Shown piece by piece: positions 26,551 to 41,300 of a stretch of DNA of 64,000 nt. Positions within the stretch are counted from its first letter, which is position 1. Each line of letters opens with the position of its first letter. This DNA comes from the human T2T-CHM13v2.0 reference genome, Homo sapiens: assembly GCF_009914755.1 (NCBI RefSeq), contig NC_060932.1; one strand, given 5' to 3'. A program made the translations under genes and the position numbers. The notes below the pieces were generated by a model. The model was not told where the DNA came from, ran no database searches, and saw nothing but the letters and a program-made list of their open reading frames with translations.

Positions 26551-28025
26551 GAGTATCATACCAGAGTAGTTTCACCACCTTAAAAATCCTCTGTGCTCTG
26601 CCTATTGGTCCTTCCCTCCCCCTTAATTTCTGGCAACCATTTATCTCTTTACTACCTTCAATATTTTGCCTTTTTCAGAATGTCATACAACTGGAATCAT
26701 ATAAAATGCAGCCTATTCAGACCAACTTCTTTCAGGTAATAACATGCATTTAAATTTCTTCTATATCTTTTCATGGCTTGATAGCTCATTTCTTTATAGT
26801 GCTGAATAATATTCTATTATCAGTTTGAATTAATTTATTTCTCCATTCACCTACTAAAGGACATCTTGACTTCTCCCAAGTTTTGGCAATTATGAATAAT
26901 GCTTCTATGAACATCTGTGTTCAGGTTTTTGTGTGGACATAAGTTTTCAACTCTTTTGAGTAAATACCAAGGAGTGTGATGACTGAATCATATGGTAGGA
27001 GTATGTTTAGTTTTATAAGGAACTGCCAAACTGTATTCCAAACTGGCTAAACTATTTTGCATTTTCACCAGCAGTAAATTAGAGTTTCTGTTGCTCCACG
27101 TATGTACCAGCATTTGGTGTTTTTAGTGTTCTGGATCTTGGCTATTTTAATAGGCATGTAGTGGTATATTTTTGTTGTCTTAAATTGCATTTCCCTAATG
27201 ATATATAATGCAGGGCATCTTTTCGTATGCTTATTTCCATTGTTACATCTTCTTTGGTGAGGTGTCGGTTAAGGTGTTTGGCTCATTTTACCATCTGGTT
27301 ATTTGTTTTCTTACTGTTGAGTCTCAACAGTTCTTCATATATTTTGCATAACAGTCCTTCACCAGGTAAGGACTTTTGCAAATATTTTTTTTCCTAGCGC
27401 ATGGCTTGTCTTCTCATTCTCTTGAAATTGTCTTTTTCAAAACAGAGGTTTTAAATGATAATGAAATGAAGTTTTCAACTCTTTGGGATAAAGACCAAGG
27501 AGAGTGATTGCTGAATTACCTGGTAAAGTGTGTTTAATTTCATAAGAAACTGCCAAGCTGTCTTCTAAAGTGGCTGTACCATTTTGCATTTTTGCTAGCA
27601 ATGAATTAGAATTTCTGTTGCTCCACACACTTGCCCGGATGTGGTGCCATGCCTTTAGTTTTGTATCTAAAAAGCTATCTTTATGCCCAAGATTATCTAG
27701 GTTTCTCTTATGTTAACTTTTAGTTTTATAGTTTTTCATTTTTACCTTTATGTCTGTGCTCCATTTTGAGTTTATTTTTGTGAAAGTATGAGGGCTGTGC
27801 TTAGATTCATTGTTTTTTATATGGATATCCAGTTTTAGCACCATTTGTTGAAAATACTCTCTTTGCTCCATTGGATTGCCTTTGCTAGTTTATCAAGGAT
27901 CAGCTGGCAACATTTATGTGAGTTTATTTGAGAGCTGTCTATTCGGTTCCATTGATGTACTTGACTATTTCTTTGTGAATACCACACGGACTTCATTATT
28001 AGAGCTTATGATAAGTCTTAAAGTC

Positions 28026-28362
<337 letters not shown>

Positions 28363-28653
28363 GGTAAGTCTTAAATCAAGTAGTGCCCATTGCTCCAAAT
28401 TTGTTTCTCTTCTTTAATATTGTATTGGCTATTTTGGGTCTTTCACATCTCCATTTATACCTTAAAATTAGTTTGCCAATATTTACAAAGTAACTTGCTG
28501 GGATTAAAATTACATTGAATTTATATATCAAGATGAGAAGAACTGATACTGTGACAATATTGAGTCTTCCTATCCATGACCATGGAATATCTTTCTATTG
28601 ATTAGTTGTAAAAAAAATTTTTCATCAAACGTTTAGTTTTCCTCACATAGATC

Positions 28654-28654
<1 letters not shown>

Positions 28655-28697
<43 letters not shown>
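28655..28697. repeat. (TG)n microsatellite
   Basis: Seen directly. Confidence 0.97.
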
Positions 28698-28699
<2 letters not shown>

Positions 28700-30790
28700 G
28701 CTAATACCTAAATATTTTATTTTAGAGGTTGCTAATGTAAATGATATTATGTTTTTAATTTCAAATTCCACATGTTTATTGCTAATATATAGGAAAGTGA
28801 TGGATTTTTCTAATATTAACCTTGTATCCATAAACCTTGCTATATTTGCTTATTAGTTTCAGACAGTTATTTATTGTTTTAGATTTTTTACTTACAGGAT
28901 CATGACATCTACAAGCAAAGACAGTTTTATTTATTCTTTTACTATCAGTATACCTATTATTTTCTTTTCTTCTCTTATTGCATTAGCTAGGACATTCAGT
29001 ACGATGTTGAAAATCAGTAATGAAAATATGTATTCTTGCCTCGGTTCCTAATCTTAGGGGGAAATCATTGAGTTTTCCACCAGTAAGTATGATGTTTATC
29101 TATAGGATTTTTGTAGATATTCTTTATCAAGTTGAGGAAATTCTCCATTCCTATTTTACTGAGAGTTTTTATTATGAGAGGATGTTGGATTGTCTCAAAT
29201 GCTTTTTCTGCATCTATTGATATAATCATATGATTTTTATTTTGTTAGTTTGTTAATGTGATGAAATATCTTAGTTGACTTTTGAATGATAAACCAATTC
29301 TATATCCTGGGATAAATCCCACTTGGTTGTGGAGTATAATCCTTTTAATATGTTGTTGGATTTGATTTACTAATGTTTTGTTGAAAATGTCTGAACCTAT
29401 GTTCATGAAAGGCATTGGTCTGTAGTTTTGTTTTAATACATTTGTTGGACTTTGGAATTAGGGTAATACTGGCCTGATGGAATGAGTTACAGAGTATTCC
29501 TTTTGCTTCTAAATTCTAAAAGAGATTTTAGAGAATTGACATAATTCCTTCATTAAACATTTGGTAGAATTCACCAGTAAACCCATTTGGACCAAGTACT
29601 TTCAGTTTTGGAAGATTATTAACTATTGATTTGATTTTTGTATAAATACAGACCTATTGAAATTGTCTATTTCTTCCTGTGTGCGTTTTGGCAGATCATG
29701 TCTTTAAAGATATTTGTTCATTTCATTAAGGTTATCAAATTTGTAGGCATTGAGTTGTTCATAGTATTTCTTTATTATTTCTTTAATGTCTATGCAATTT
29801 GTAGTGTTTTCTATACTTTCATTTCTGATGTTAGTAATTTGTCTGTTCTTGTCTTTTCTTAGTCTGGTTAGAGGCTTATAAATTTTACTGATCTTTTCAA
29901 GTAATTCACTTTTGGTTTGTTTGATGTTTTCTGTTTATTTCTTTTTTCAATTTTATTTATTTCTGTCCTAAATTTTATTATTTTCTTTCTTCTGCTTACT
30001 TTGTATTTAATTTTCTTCTTTTCCTAGTTCCCTAAGGTGGAAACTTAGATGATTTACTTTAGGTCTTTATTCTTCTCTAATATATGCATTCAATGCTATA
30101 AATTTCTCTCTAAGCATTGCTTTGGCTGCATCCCATAAATTTTTATATCTTGTGTATTCTTATTCATTTGGTTCAAAATACTTTGTTAAATTTCTGTGGA
30201 AGTTTGTTCTTTGAACCCTGTATTATTTAGAAGTGTGCTTATTCTACATGTCCTTTGGGATTCTCAAATTATGTTTTTGTTACTGATTTCAAGTTTAATT
30301 CCATTTTCATCTGGGGACAGACATTTTATGATTTCTATTATTTTAGATTTGTTGAAGTCTCCAACTATAATATTGAATTTATTTATTACTCCTTGCAGTT
30401 CTATCAATTTTTTCCTGATGTATTTTGATGCTCTATTTTTAGGCACATACACATTAAGTAACGTTTTTATCTTTTTGGAGAATTGACCCCTTTATTTTTA
30501 TGTAATGCCCTTCTTTATCCCTGATCACTTTTCTTACTGTGAAGCCAGCTCTGTCTGAAATTAATATAGCTACTCTACTTTCTTTTGATTAGTGTTAGCA
30601 TGGTATATGTTTCTCTATTTACTTTTAATTTATATGTGTCTTTAGATTGAAAGTGAGTATGTTGTTGATCAAATTAAGTTGGATTCTATTTTTTGATTCA
30701 TTCAGAAAATCTCCACGTTTTAATTGGTTCATTTACATTATTAGTATTCAAAGTAATTATTTATATAGGTGGATTAATATCTGTCAAATT

Positions 30791-31206
<416 letters not shown>

Positions 31207-31234
31207 TGATGCTCTTATTTCTTTACGTAGATCT

Positions 31235-31361
31235 GAGTTTTAAACTCTGTATTTTATAGAGAGTTTTTAAACTCTATATTTTATAGAGAGTTTTTAAACT
31301 CTATATTTTATAGAGAGTTTTTAAACTCTATATTTTATAGAGAGTTTAAACTATATATTTT
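31235..31361 (+). repeat. 27-bp tandem repeat, ~4.7 copies (gagtttttaaactctatattttataga)
   Basis: Units start at 31235, 31261, 31288, 31315 and 31342. Confidence 0.96.
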
Positions 31362-31901
31362 CCTTCTTTTATAACAGCTGCTTTTAACACTTTTTGCAAG
31401 GCATGTCTACCAGCACCGAATTCTCCAATTATCGTTTGTCTGAAAATCTCTATTTATTCTTCGTTTTTGAAAGATTATTTTGCAGGATACAGAAGTCTAG
31501 GTTGGTGGGGTTTTTATCTAAACACTTTACATATTTTTTTCTACTTGCTTCCCATTTGCATGGTTTCTGAAGAGAAGTTGAATGTAATTCTTATCTCTGC
31601 TTTTCTATAGCTAAGGTGTTTTCTCCCTCTGACTTCTTTCAGTAGTTTCATCTTTATCTTTGATTTTCTGTAGTTTGAAAAAGGTAAGCCTAGGTGTAGC
31701 TCTTTTCTCATATTTATCCTGCTCAGTGTTCCTTGAATTTCCTGAATCTATAGTTTGGTGTCCTGAAATTAATTCAGGGACATTCTTAGTCATTATTGTG
31801 TTAACTATTTATTTTCTACCCTTTTTTAAAATCCATCTGGTATTTTCATTTTGCCTATGTTACACCTTTTGTAGTTGGCCCACGGTTCTTGGTTATTTTA
31901 T

Positions 31902-31927
31902 TGGTGGTGGTGGTGGTGGTGGTGGTG
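31902..31927 (+). repeat. (GGT)n trinucleotide repeat
   Basis: Seen directly. Confidence 0.9.
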
Positions 31928-34432
31928 ATGATATTTGTTCTCTTTATTTTTCAGTTTCTATTGAAGTTTCTGTTGAAATATCTTTAACCTTAGAGGTTCT
32001 TTCATCAGTCATGTTGAGGCTACTAATAAGCCCATCAAAGGCATTCTTCATTTTGGCACTGTGTTTGATATCTTATATTCTAGTTTTATTCTTTCTTAGA
32101 CCTTTTAAATCTCTTCTTACGTTGTCCATTTGTTCTTGCATGCTGTCTCCTTTATTCTTTAGGGTCTTTTGCATACTAATGGTAGTTGTTTTAAGTTTCC
32201 AATCTGATAATTCCAATATCCCTGTCATATCTGACTCTGATATTGATGTTTGCTCTATCTCTTCAAACTTTGTTTTTGTTTGTTTGTGTGCTTGTGTTTT
32301 GCCTTTAGTATATGTCTTGTAATTTTTTTTTTCATAACCAGACTCAGTGTACCAGGTAAAAGGAAATTCTGTAAATGAGCTTTTAGTAACGTGGTGTTAA
32401 GGTGTGGAGAAGGGAAAGTGTTCTATACCCCTTTGATTAGGTCTCAGTCTTTTAGCAAGCCTGTACCTCTGAATTGTGAACCTAACACATGCTTCTCAAC
32501 CCTCCTCACCACTTAGATGGGGCAGGGTGGCTAGAGTGGGCCGGAGTTGGGTATTTTCCAATTCTCTGCATGGAAGGCTGAAGAGAAGTTGGTTATTTCT
32601 CTTTCCTCAGGTCAGTTCAGCTCTGATAAAATCCCAGCAGGCTAGATTCTGATTAAATTGTTTCTCCTGAGGGCAGACCTTGTTAAAAAGAACAAGGGTG
32701 CTCTGCTATATTTCTAAATGGTTCCTTTTCATCTCTCTCCCAGAAGCATGAGGAAATTTTTCTCTGATAATTACTGTGAGGACCTGGTAGAACTCCTGCA
32801 GGTAAAACAGACAGAAGTGTGAGTATGTCCCTTATAACTAGGTAACCCTGAGGTTTTTAATTCTCAAAGTTGTCCACATCAAGCCTCCAGCAATTTATCA
32901 ATTACAGTTCAGATTTCCCTACCCAAACTCTGGTTTCCGTGGGGGTTACTAGTGGTGAATTTCTGCTCTAGTAGTTGTGATTCTCTGTATTCACCTATTG
33001 GTCTCTCTATTTTTGAAGGTGGCAGTTTGTTCTATGACCTCGCTTCTTTTACAGATCTAAGAAGAGTTGTTTATTTTTGTTGCTGTTGTTGTTGCTGTTT
33101 TTCAGTTTTTTTTAGCTTTTTGCTCATTGGGACAGAGTGGCAACTTCCAAGTTTCTTATATGCCAGATAAGAATTCTGAAGCTCCTCTTTAGCCTTTTAA
33201 ATTTTGTATTTCTCTATAAAAATCCAGAATTTGCTCAGTGAACGCCATGGAAAGGCATTTGGATAAATTATTTTGAAAATAGTCATTGACATTAAAAACA
33301 TATTATACTAAGACTACTGTCAGAGACTGCAAGATGTTGTAAATATTCTTTGCTAACCCAATTAGAATTTAAGTTATTTGAAACTTGTACTCTTGTCCAT
33401 GAATAAATAGTGGTTTACTTTTAACACATGCATTTATTTGAGTTTATCTATTTAAAAGAAATAATATGTGACTAGCAGAGCAATTTATACAGACATTAAA
33501 TTGTACTCAGCTCCTATATGTAATCTTACTTCTCCTTCCTGAACAATTCATTCTTTTATTCATTAAAAATATTTATTGAATATTTTCCAGGGGTTGAGTG
33601 TTAATTAGTGGAAACACAGCAGTGAGCAGACAAAAGTACATGACCCTTGGGGCTGTCTAAAAATCCCTAATCTCAAGAACTTTCAAAGAAGCCTCTGTCT
33701 TTTCTTGACTCTGATTGTAGTGTGATAGAGGACTGACGGATTCTAGGAAAACAGCCTCTTTCCTAGTTGTGGTCTTGGCCGTGACACCAAATCAGTAGTG
33801 ATCAAAGTGGACAGAAAACTAATGGGCCCCTTTCTGACTCTTCTGGATTGGGGAAGAGGAAGTTCTTTGGGAGAATGAGTATGAGAGAGCACAAGTAGGA
33901 GTGAATTCTCTACCAAATGGGGCCTGAGAGCACATTCCATTTTATTTAGGAAAGTACAAAAGATATTGTTTCTTATACCAGGAATTGCAGATTAAAATTC
34001 ATACCTACTAGCAATGTTTAATTATAGAATTTTTAGAAAAAAATTAGAAAATGATTTTTTAAAAATAAAAAGAATAAAATACAAAATATGGTATTCTTAT
34101 GAGAACATCATTCAAGAACAACATTAGGATCATCTAATTAATACTCTGATCTGATGTTTCTCTTAGCAATATATATTTTTCCATGAATCCAAAAGTCTTC
34201 ATTGACACGAATTTTAAAGGACTCTCAAAAATTCATTGATTTGATGTGTACATTCCTAGTGATAAATCTCTTTAAATTTGTGGGAAGTGTATATAAGCAA
34301 ACGAAATCTTTTCAAAACTCAAAGATTTCTTCAATTATAATTATTGCCTGACTGGCAGTCTAAGAATCTCTAGTATGTCTATTTAAATGTTTAATACAAA
34401 AAGCAAAAGCTCCAAAATTCACTGCTCCATAA

Positions 34433-34987
34433 TGTCAGAGGCAAGTGAACCAGAGCAACTCCATATTAAACAGGAGCTGGGTAAAATGAGGCTGAGTCCT
34501 ACTGGGCTGCATTCCCAAACAGTTAAGACATTCTAAGTCACAGGATGAGATAGGAGGTCAGCACAAAGTACAAGTCATAAAGACCTTGCAGATAAAACAG
34601 CTTGCAGTAAAGAAGCCAGCCAAAACCCACCAAAACCAAGATGGCGAAAGGAGTGACCTCTGGTCATCCTCACTGCTACTCTCCCACGAGTACCTTGACA
34701 GTTTACAAATGCCATGGCAACATCAGGAAGTTACCCTATATGGTCTATGGAGGGGAGGCATGAATAATCCACCCCTTGTTTAGCATATCATCAAGAAATA
34801 ACCATAAAAATGAGTAACCAGCAAACCTCAGGGCTGCTCTATCTATGGAGTAGCCATTCTTTTATTCCTTTACTTTCTTAATGAACTTGCTTTCACTTTG
34901 TACTGTGGACTTGCCCTGAATTATTTTCTTGCAAGAGATCCAAGAACCCTTTCTTGGGATGTGGATTGGGACCTCTGTCCTATAACA
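34433..34987 (+). mobile_element. MER41A solo LTR
   Basis: tgtcagaggc...ccagagcaactccat...tataaca. 4-bp TSD ataa. Lacks the GAS-motif segment of MER41B (reads ggggaggcatgaataatcc). Confidence 0.92.
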
Positions 34988-35334
34988 ATAATGCAACTCC
35001 AAAGAGGAAATATAGCTTAGGTGGCATTTGGTTCTGAAATTAGAGTATAATATAAAAAACTAGGTATAATAAAAACGTTTATGAATTCCATAAAGAGGCA
35101 ATCCAAGGAGATTGACTTTTAATATGTTTGCCCAGCCAGTTTTGTAGCAGCATTAGTGAAAATTGGTGTTTCTTTGGCACAGTGCAGTTAAAGCAGTTGA
35201 GTTGCATTTTGGTACTATGTTGCAAGAAAACTGTGTAGTGGGTTATCAGAACCAAACACTCCTATGAAATTCCCATTTTATGAGAAGCACATGGAGACCG
35301 AGGCCTGTGAAAAAACAAAAGGTTTAGGTCCCCT

Positions 35335-35660
35335 TCATCACCGCTTAGGATATAGAGGAAAGGAAGGCTCTGTGAAGAAGGCAGTTTTTAATCTGGTTTC
35401 TGAAAGTTCTGTAGGATAAACAGGAAGATGGTATAGGAAACAAGCATAAATGTGAAGGTGGGAGGCTGGCAGAAGGGAGGTGCTAATATATTCCAGGTGT
35501 GAAGTTGACAAAATAAACAAAGCTTTCAAGGAAACAAAGCACCATAAATAATCAAAGAAAAAAATAGCATAGGATGCAGGGCAGGGGAGCATAGAGAATA
35601 GGATCAGAAAGTAGGTTTAAGTCAAATTTTGATGAACTTAAGCTGTTGTGGACAAAAGAC
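35335..35660 (+). mobile_element. L2 fragment
   Basis: aggaaggctctgtgaagaaggcag-type purine-rich L2 remnant. Confidence 0.45.
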
Positions 35661-37905
35661 TAGTAGAATCGTTCAGGGAATAAATCTTAAGGCTCAGATT
35701 GCCTTGCAATAGGTGGAGAGAAACCAAGCTCTCCTTCTGTTCCAGTGGAAGGGACTGCACAGGAACTCAGCTTCCTATGGGTCTGAGTGCATTCCTTTCC
35801 CCAAGCAGCTAACATTTTCAGACAACTCTTCGAAGGATCTGGCATGTACATTAAATGTTGACTCTTGCCTCTCCAGAAGGAAGCAAAGGGATAGTGTACC
35901 ATCCATGGAACACAAACCCATGGTGTATCCAGAAGTACTCTGTCCTCGAAGAATTTCTCAGGGGGCTAATGAGACATCAGGGAACCCCTGCCTTCTCCTC
36001 TTGAACTTTGTTATGTTTCCTCTATTAAAGCCTATTCTCTGAACCCATACTTCCCAACATCATGAAATTCCCTCTAACCCACCTCTCTATGGTTGCTGGT
36101 TGTTTTTAATCACTACAAATTCACTGTAGATTTTTAAGCAGTGAACTTTCATTGCAGAGGTGTTCACTGTCCTGAAAGGAGTACATGCGGGAAAGAAGCA
36201 GCCGGAGTCGAGGAGCTAGGTCAGGAGCTAGCTGAGACTGAAAACTATTAGAAGCCCTAAACTTTGAAAATGTTATGGTATTACCACCTCTAACTAAACC
36301 AAAATAAAATCAATGCTTAACTATTAATAATGAAACATGGGTAGGAAAACTTCAGTATATTTGTCAAGGTTTTCTGATGGAAAAAATCCTGGAAAGCTTC
36401 ATTAAAGCTGAACTATCGTCAGCTTTATGATATCCCTGCTTTGAAGGACCTTAAGGATTTGCTTGACTGCCTATTGGGTAATCCAGGCAAGGTTTATCTG
36501 GGGTCTAGATAAAAAGCAATAAGAATATTAAATGTGGCAGTGGCAGTGAGCATGGAATGAAGGAGAGAACTAAAGGGAGGGGGAGTGAAATTGACCTTAT
36601 AAGGGAATTGATTGGAAAAACAGAAGGGCTAAGGGAGAGAATTAATCATGCCTCTGGTTTTTAACTTGGGTGGTTGAGAACCAGTAATGGCATTATCATC
36701 AGAGAAGCAATGAATAGAAGGAGGAAGAGAGGGCAGAGGAGGAAGAAGAGGAGTAGAAACAGAAAGAAAAGAATAACAATAATATTTTTATTATAGTTAA
36801 CATTTATTGAGTACTTACAAGGTGCCAAGAACACTTCTAAGCACTTTATTTGAATTTCCCCCAAATATCTTGGCATGTACTCATAGGAGGACTAGACTGT
36901 TTTACATGAACATATTTATGACTGAACATGTGTTCTTCGCATTTCACTTATACATATATGGAATTTTTACAGAAATGTATGGCCATATTTCTCACATATA
37001 CATAGTGACATTTAAACACTTTAGGAGCCTGAGTCGATTGCTTTGGCCACATGAAATATCCCTGAGCAGTTCATGTAATATGAGTTAAAATGGAAGATTT
37101 CATAAATCACTGCTACGACCAGAAGCAATCTGTTCTCAATTTCTGGCTTCAAAGGAGTTAATATTAGGTGGTGTCTGTGGAAAATAAATGGGTTCATCTG
37201 CATGTTTGGACTTGACGTATTGGGCTGCTACATGTGTGCAGTTCCCTCCCATGATTCTATCTTTTGATCCAGGTAAAATTGATTCACTGTAAAAAACTTC
37301 CAGTGGCTTCTAATAATTTCTCAGTCTTTGGTTTGGTTTTGTTTCCTTTTTCTTACTAAGCAATTGCCTACTTGGCTTCTCCACCTTTATGTGAAAAGCA
37401 CCAGGCAATTCACATATCCAAAACAAACCCAGCATCTTCCATCACTTGTAAACACTATTCTACGGTCACCCAACAGACCAATTCCTTCTTTCTTGATTTC
37501 TCCACTATAGAAATTGGAAAATCTGTAGATAGCCATATCCCCCTAATATCAGCAATTCATTTCTGAAAATCTGATATTCTGGGCAAGAAACACTAATCAG
37601 GAGCTTATTTTCCATTATTTTAAATAAAAAACTTATCAAACATTACACATAAACACTAAACCCCCAATTTTGTAAGTAAAATATACACACACAAAGCACC
37701 CACCTATATACAACTAACAAACTAATATTTATGACATAAAATATTAAAATATGACTAGTCTCCAAGCAAATAACATGTTTTTTAAGAAACATGTACAGAA
37801 GCATAACATGTATGATACAGCATGACAAATTCACAGCAATTTTTGTTGAAAAACTGCAGCAAAATTTTCAGTAAAAGGACAGATCTTTCTTCTAATGACA
37901 TATTA

Positions 37906-38216
<311 letters not shown>

Positions 38217-38929
38217 CTAACAAGCAGGTAGGGATGGGACAATTTTAGATGTTCCAGTCATTCATTGCACCATAAAAACTTAATGGCTTAAAACACCAAT
38301 TCATAATTACTTTAGCCTTGCTTCAACATCTACCTAACTAGTAGCAATTCAGTCTGCAAGTTTTAGAAATACTTCTGTCCAATTTGTGTTGTGCAAAATT
38401 AAGAAAGGGATCTGCTTTAGCCACACTAATCTGCTGACATGCTCCTTGCTTATCCTGATAGAATCATTACAGAACGACACTGCCACCTTTTTGCTGACAG
38501 GATAAACTGGTGTTCCCAAGGCCAGTGCTTCTGTGATGGGTAATGAGTCACGTAGACTGGTATTCACAGTCTTATAGCAGAGATCTGATCATCTCTCAAA
38601 GCTTCTTTCCCATGACCCATTCCAGTCTCAGGACTGGGAAACCCTCATCGCCTCCCCCTTATCAGGAAAAATTCTCCAAGTCTCTCCTTGGTATGATTCT
38701 TTCTACCTCCTACCAAGTTCATAGTTCCCTCCGCTTCCTTTTACCTGGGAGAATACAACATAATTTTACCTTTATGTGCCTTGAAAAACACAGTACTTGT
38801 TCCTCCTTCCTGTGGCTCAGACTAAAGTCAGAAAAGGCTGAGGATTTTTGGTTTGTTTGCTTGATTTCTTTCAAACTCATTCTATTAAATGGTCTACCAT
38901 TTAAGCCTACTGTCTACACTATGAACACA

Positions 38930-39480
38930 CATATTTTCCAAGTGCAAATAATGTCATCCTCTTATCTTAAAACCTTCTATGACTTTCCATTAGAATCAAG
39001 ACCAAAATACTAAACAGACCCCAGAAGGTCTGCCTCCAAACTTTGTCTTCTCCTTTCTGTGTATTTTCAGCGACTCTGGCTAGCTTCTGGATCCACACAA
39101 CACTCATGTTTGACACGTCATAATCTGTGCTCTTCTCTCCACCCTTTCCTATTTATTTCCCTGCCAGTGACTCAGTTTGCCTACTTAAGGCCCACTTATC
39201 CTTCAGAGCTCAGCTTAAATGATACTTTCTTAGGAAAATTCCCACTTCCATCACGCAGGCCTTATTAAGTCACTTTGACAAACACTCAAATTATTCTTGC
39301 TCCTTGTAATTTTTCCTATCAACATTGAAAATACTTTGTGATTATACTTTTGTTTGTAGGACTCATTTTCATCTCTTTCTCTTGTATTAATCTATGAATT
39401 TATTGACAGGAGTCACATCTGTTTGCCTGGATTTTTTACTAACATGTATCTGACATGGCACTATTTGCCTAATTAATAAT
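38930..39480 (-). mobile_element. L2 fragment
   Basis: cttaaaaccttctatgactttccatta...atccttcagagctcagcttaaatg. Confidence 0.5.
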
Positions 39481-41084
39481 AATGAGCTAGTGGTGAGTGG
39501 GAACCAGCCTGGTTACAAAGGATTCCCTGTTGTGGTAAAGTATAACCTTGCTTTTGTGTTTCACATTTTTCCTCTCTGATCTGAGACCTTCACTTCTTGT
39601 TTCAGGATCCCTAGTAACAAGACTTGTTCTTTGCTTACATAAACACTCATGTAGGGTTTTGGGGAACCAAGCCTTTATATTTTACTCTCTCGAATAGCTA
39701 TGTAACACATTGCTGTATTGCTCTGAACTGAGCACTGAGCATATTGTGCCTACCACCTCTCTTAGTCTCTCTGCAAGGAAAAATGTTATTTTCTGCTCCA
39801 ATTATGTACTCTCCCTGCCTAAGTATGGAAGGGGTTTTAAAGGCCCTCTGATTGGAGGATCTGCTCCTGCTTGGATACTGAGCTAGGCACAGATCCTCCA
39901 CTTGGGCAAGAATCATGACACTTACTTTGTAGTATCATTAAAACTTCCCAAGGCAACGGTAGCTGGAAGCATTGCTGTTTAATCACTTTATACCCAATAA
40001 AGTGTAGGTTACACAATATTTTTATAATGTCATGGTAACCTAATGAGTCATCCTCCACTATAGGCCAGAATACTGTATCCATGATCAGGGCACACTGTCA
40101 TCAAAGCCAGGATGGAGGCATATGGTCAGAGTCTTACCAATGTTTATTTTTTTAGACTTCATGATAACCACCCACAACATTTGCCCAAGTTACTGAAGCA
40201 ACAGACTTAATTCTTACAACATGCTTTCGTTATGTGTTGTGATTTCCATATTTTAAAGTTATTTCAAATTGATCGTATTTAAGAAAATCAGGCTTCAAAT
40301 GATACCTGTAAACGATCTTAATGTTATCAATAAAATGTTTCCAGTTCTGCTAAGGAATGGTGACTTCTGAGAAGTTTTCCAGAAGGTGATAATTCAGTCA
40401 GCTGTGATCAGAGACGCCCTTTCCCTGATATTCTATTGACTTCCTGATCTTTTGTGAGTCATTTTTTGTTCTGAAACTGGTATTTCTACAAATTTATATT
40501 TCCGCTTTAGTTTTATGACATTATAGATTGATGTTTTTGGTATACTAAACTACTTAATTCTTTACTATACATTAATAACATTATTTATTGTTTATTTGTC
40601 TGATTGGTAGAAATACCAAGAAAATAAAATTATTTATTTTAAAATGTTAAAATTTAGTTGAAAATACAGCAAACAATAGAAGACAGCTCAATATGTGAGT
40701 TAGCATCAATTTGGTAGAATAACTGAATACTAGAGAAATTTGGAGAAAAGGAAGATCAATGAGACTTGAAGAAGATGAAGAAGAATTGGGAGAGGAAGAA
40801 GTGACTCTTAAGTAAAAATGGATACAGAGTGTACGTTTATCTAGGGAATAAAGAGAGGAGCAGGGAGCATTCCGATTAAAATAAATAAATAAAATAAATA
40901 ATAATAAATATAAATACAGAAATACACATGGAAAAGTATAATCATGGATCAATGAAATGGGATACGTGGAACAAATCACAATTACTTTTGGGATTTAGTT
41001 GATAAATATAGCATTTGGCTGAATTTTACCAAAAAACAGAATATTAAATGTCAATTACACTAATGTTTTCTGGGTGTTAGCACA

Positions 41085-41300
41085 GGAAGAAAATGGATGG
41101 TGAAGCCAAGCCAGAAGGATCTAGTGTTAAATACCAGATCCTTTACTTATTGGCTGTGAAAATTTTGGTAATTATTTTTCTCTCAGCATCAGTTTTCTTA
41201 TTTCTAAAGTGAGGGAGAAATATTGACTCATTCTTTTGCTGTGACTACTATACACGATAATGCCTATGAAGGATTTAGGCACTCATTATTTATCAGCTGT
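41085..41300 (+). mobile_element. MIR SINE
   Basis: acttattggctgtga...catcagttttcttatttctaaagtg core. Confidence 0.55.

Noticed and set aside
31235-31361. Palindromic ~27-bp repeats superficially like a CRISPR array
   Set aside because: Head-to-tail units with no unique spacers, no cas genes, and a eukaryotic context.
31660-32322. Longest ORF (220 aa, hydrophobic, poly-Gly)
   Set aside because: It is antisense to the decayed L1 ORF1 region. T-richness gives spurious Phe/Leu/Ile, and the Gly run is the (GGT)n repeat.
38540-40465. Several TGAGTCA (AP-1) heptamers
   Set aside because: A 7-mer occurs repeatedly by chance in 64 kb, and there is no independent support.
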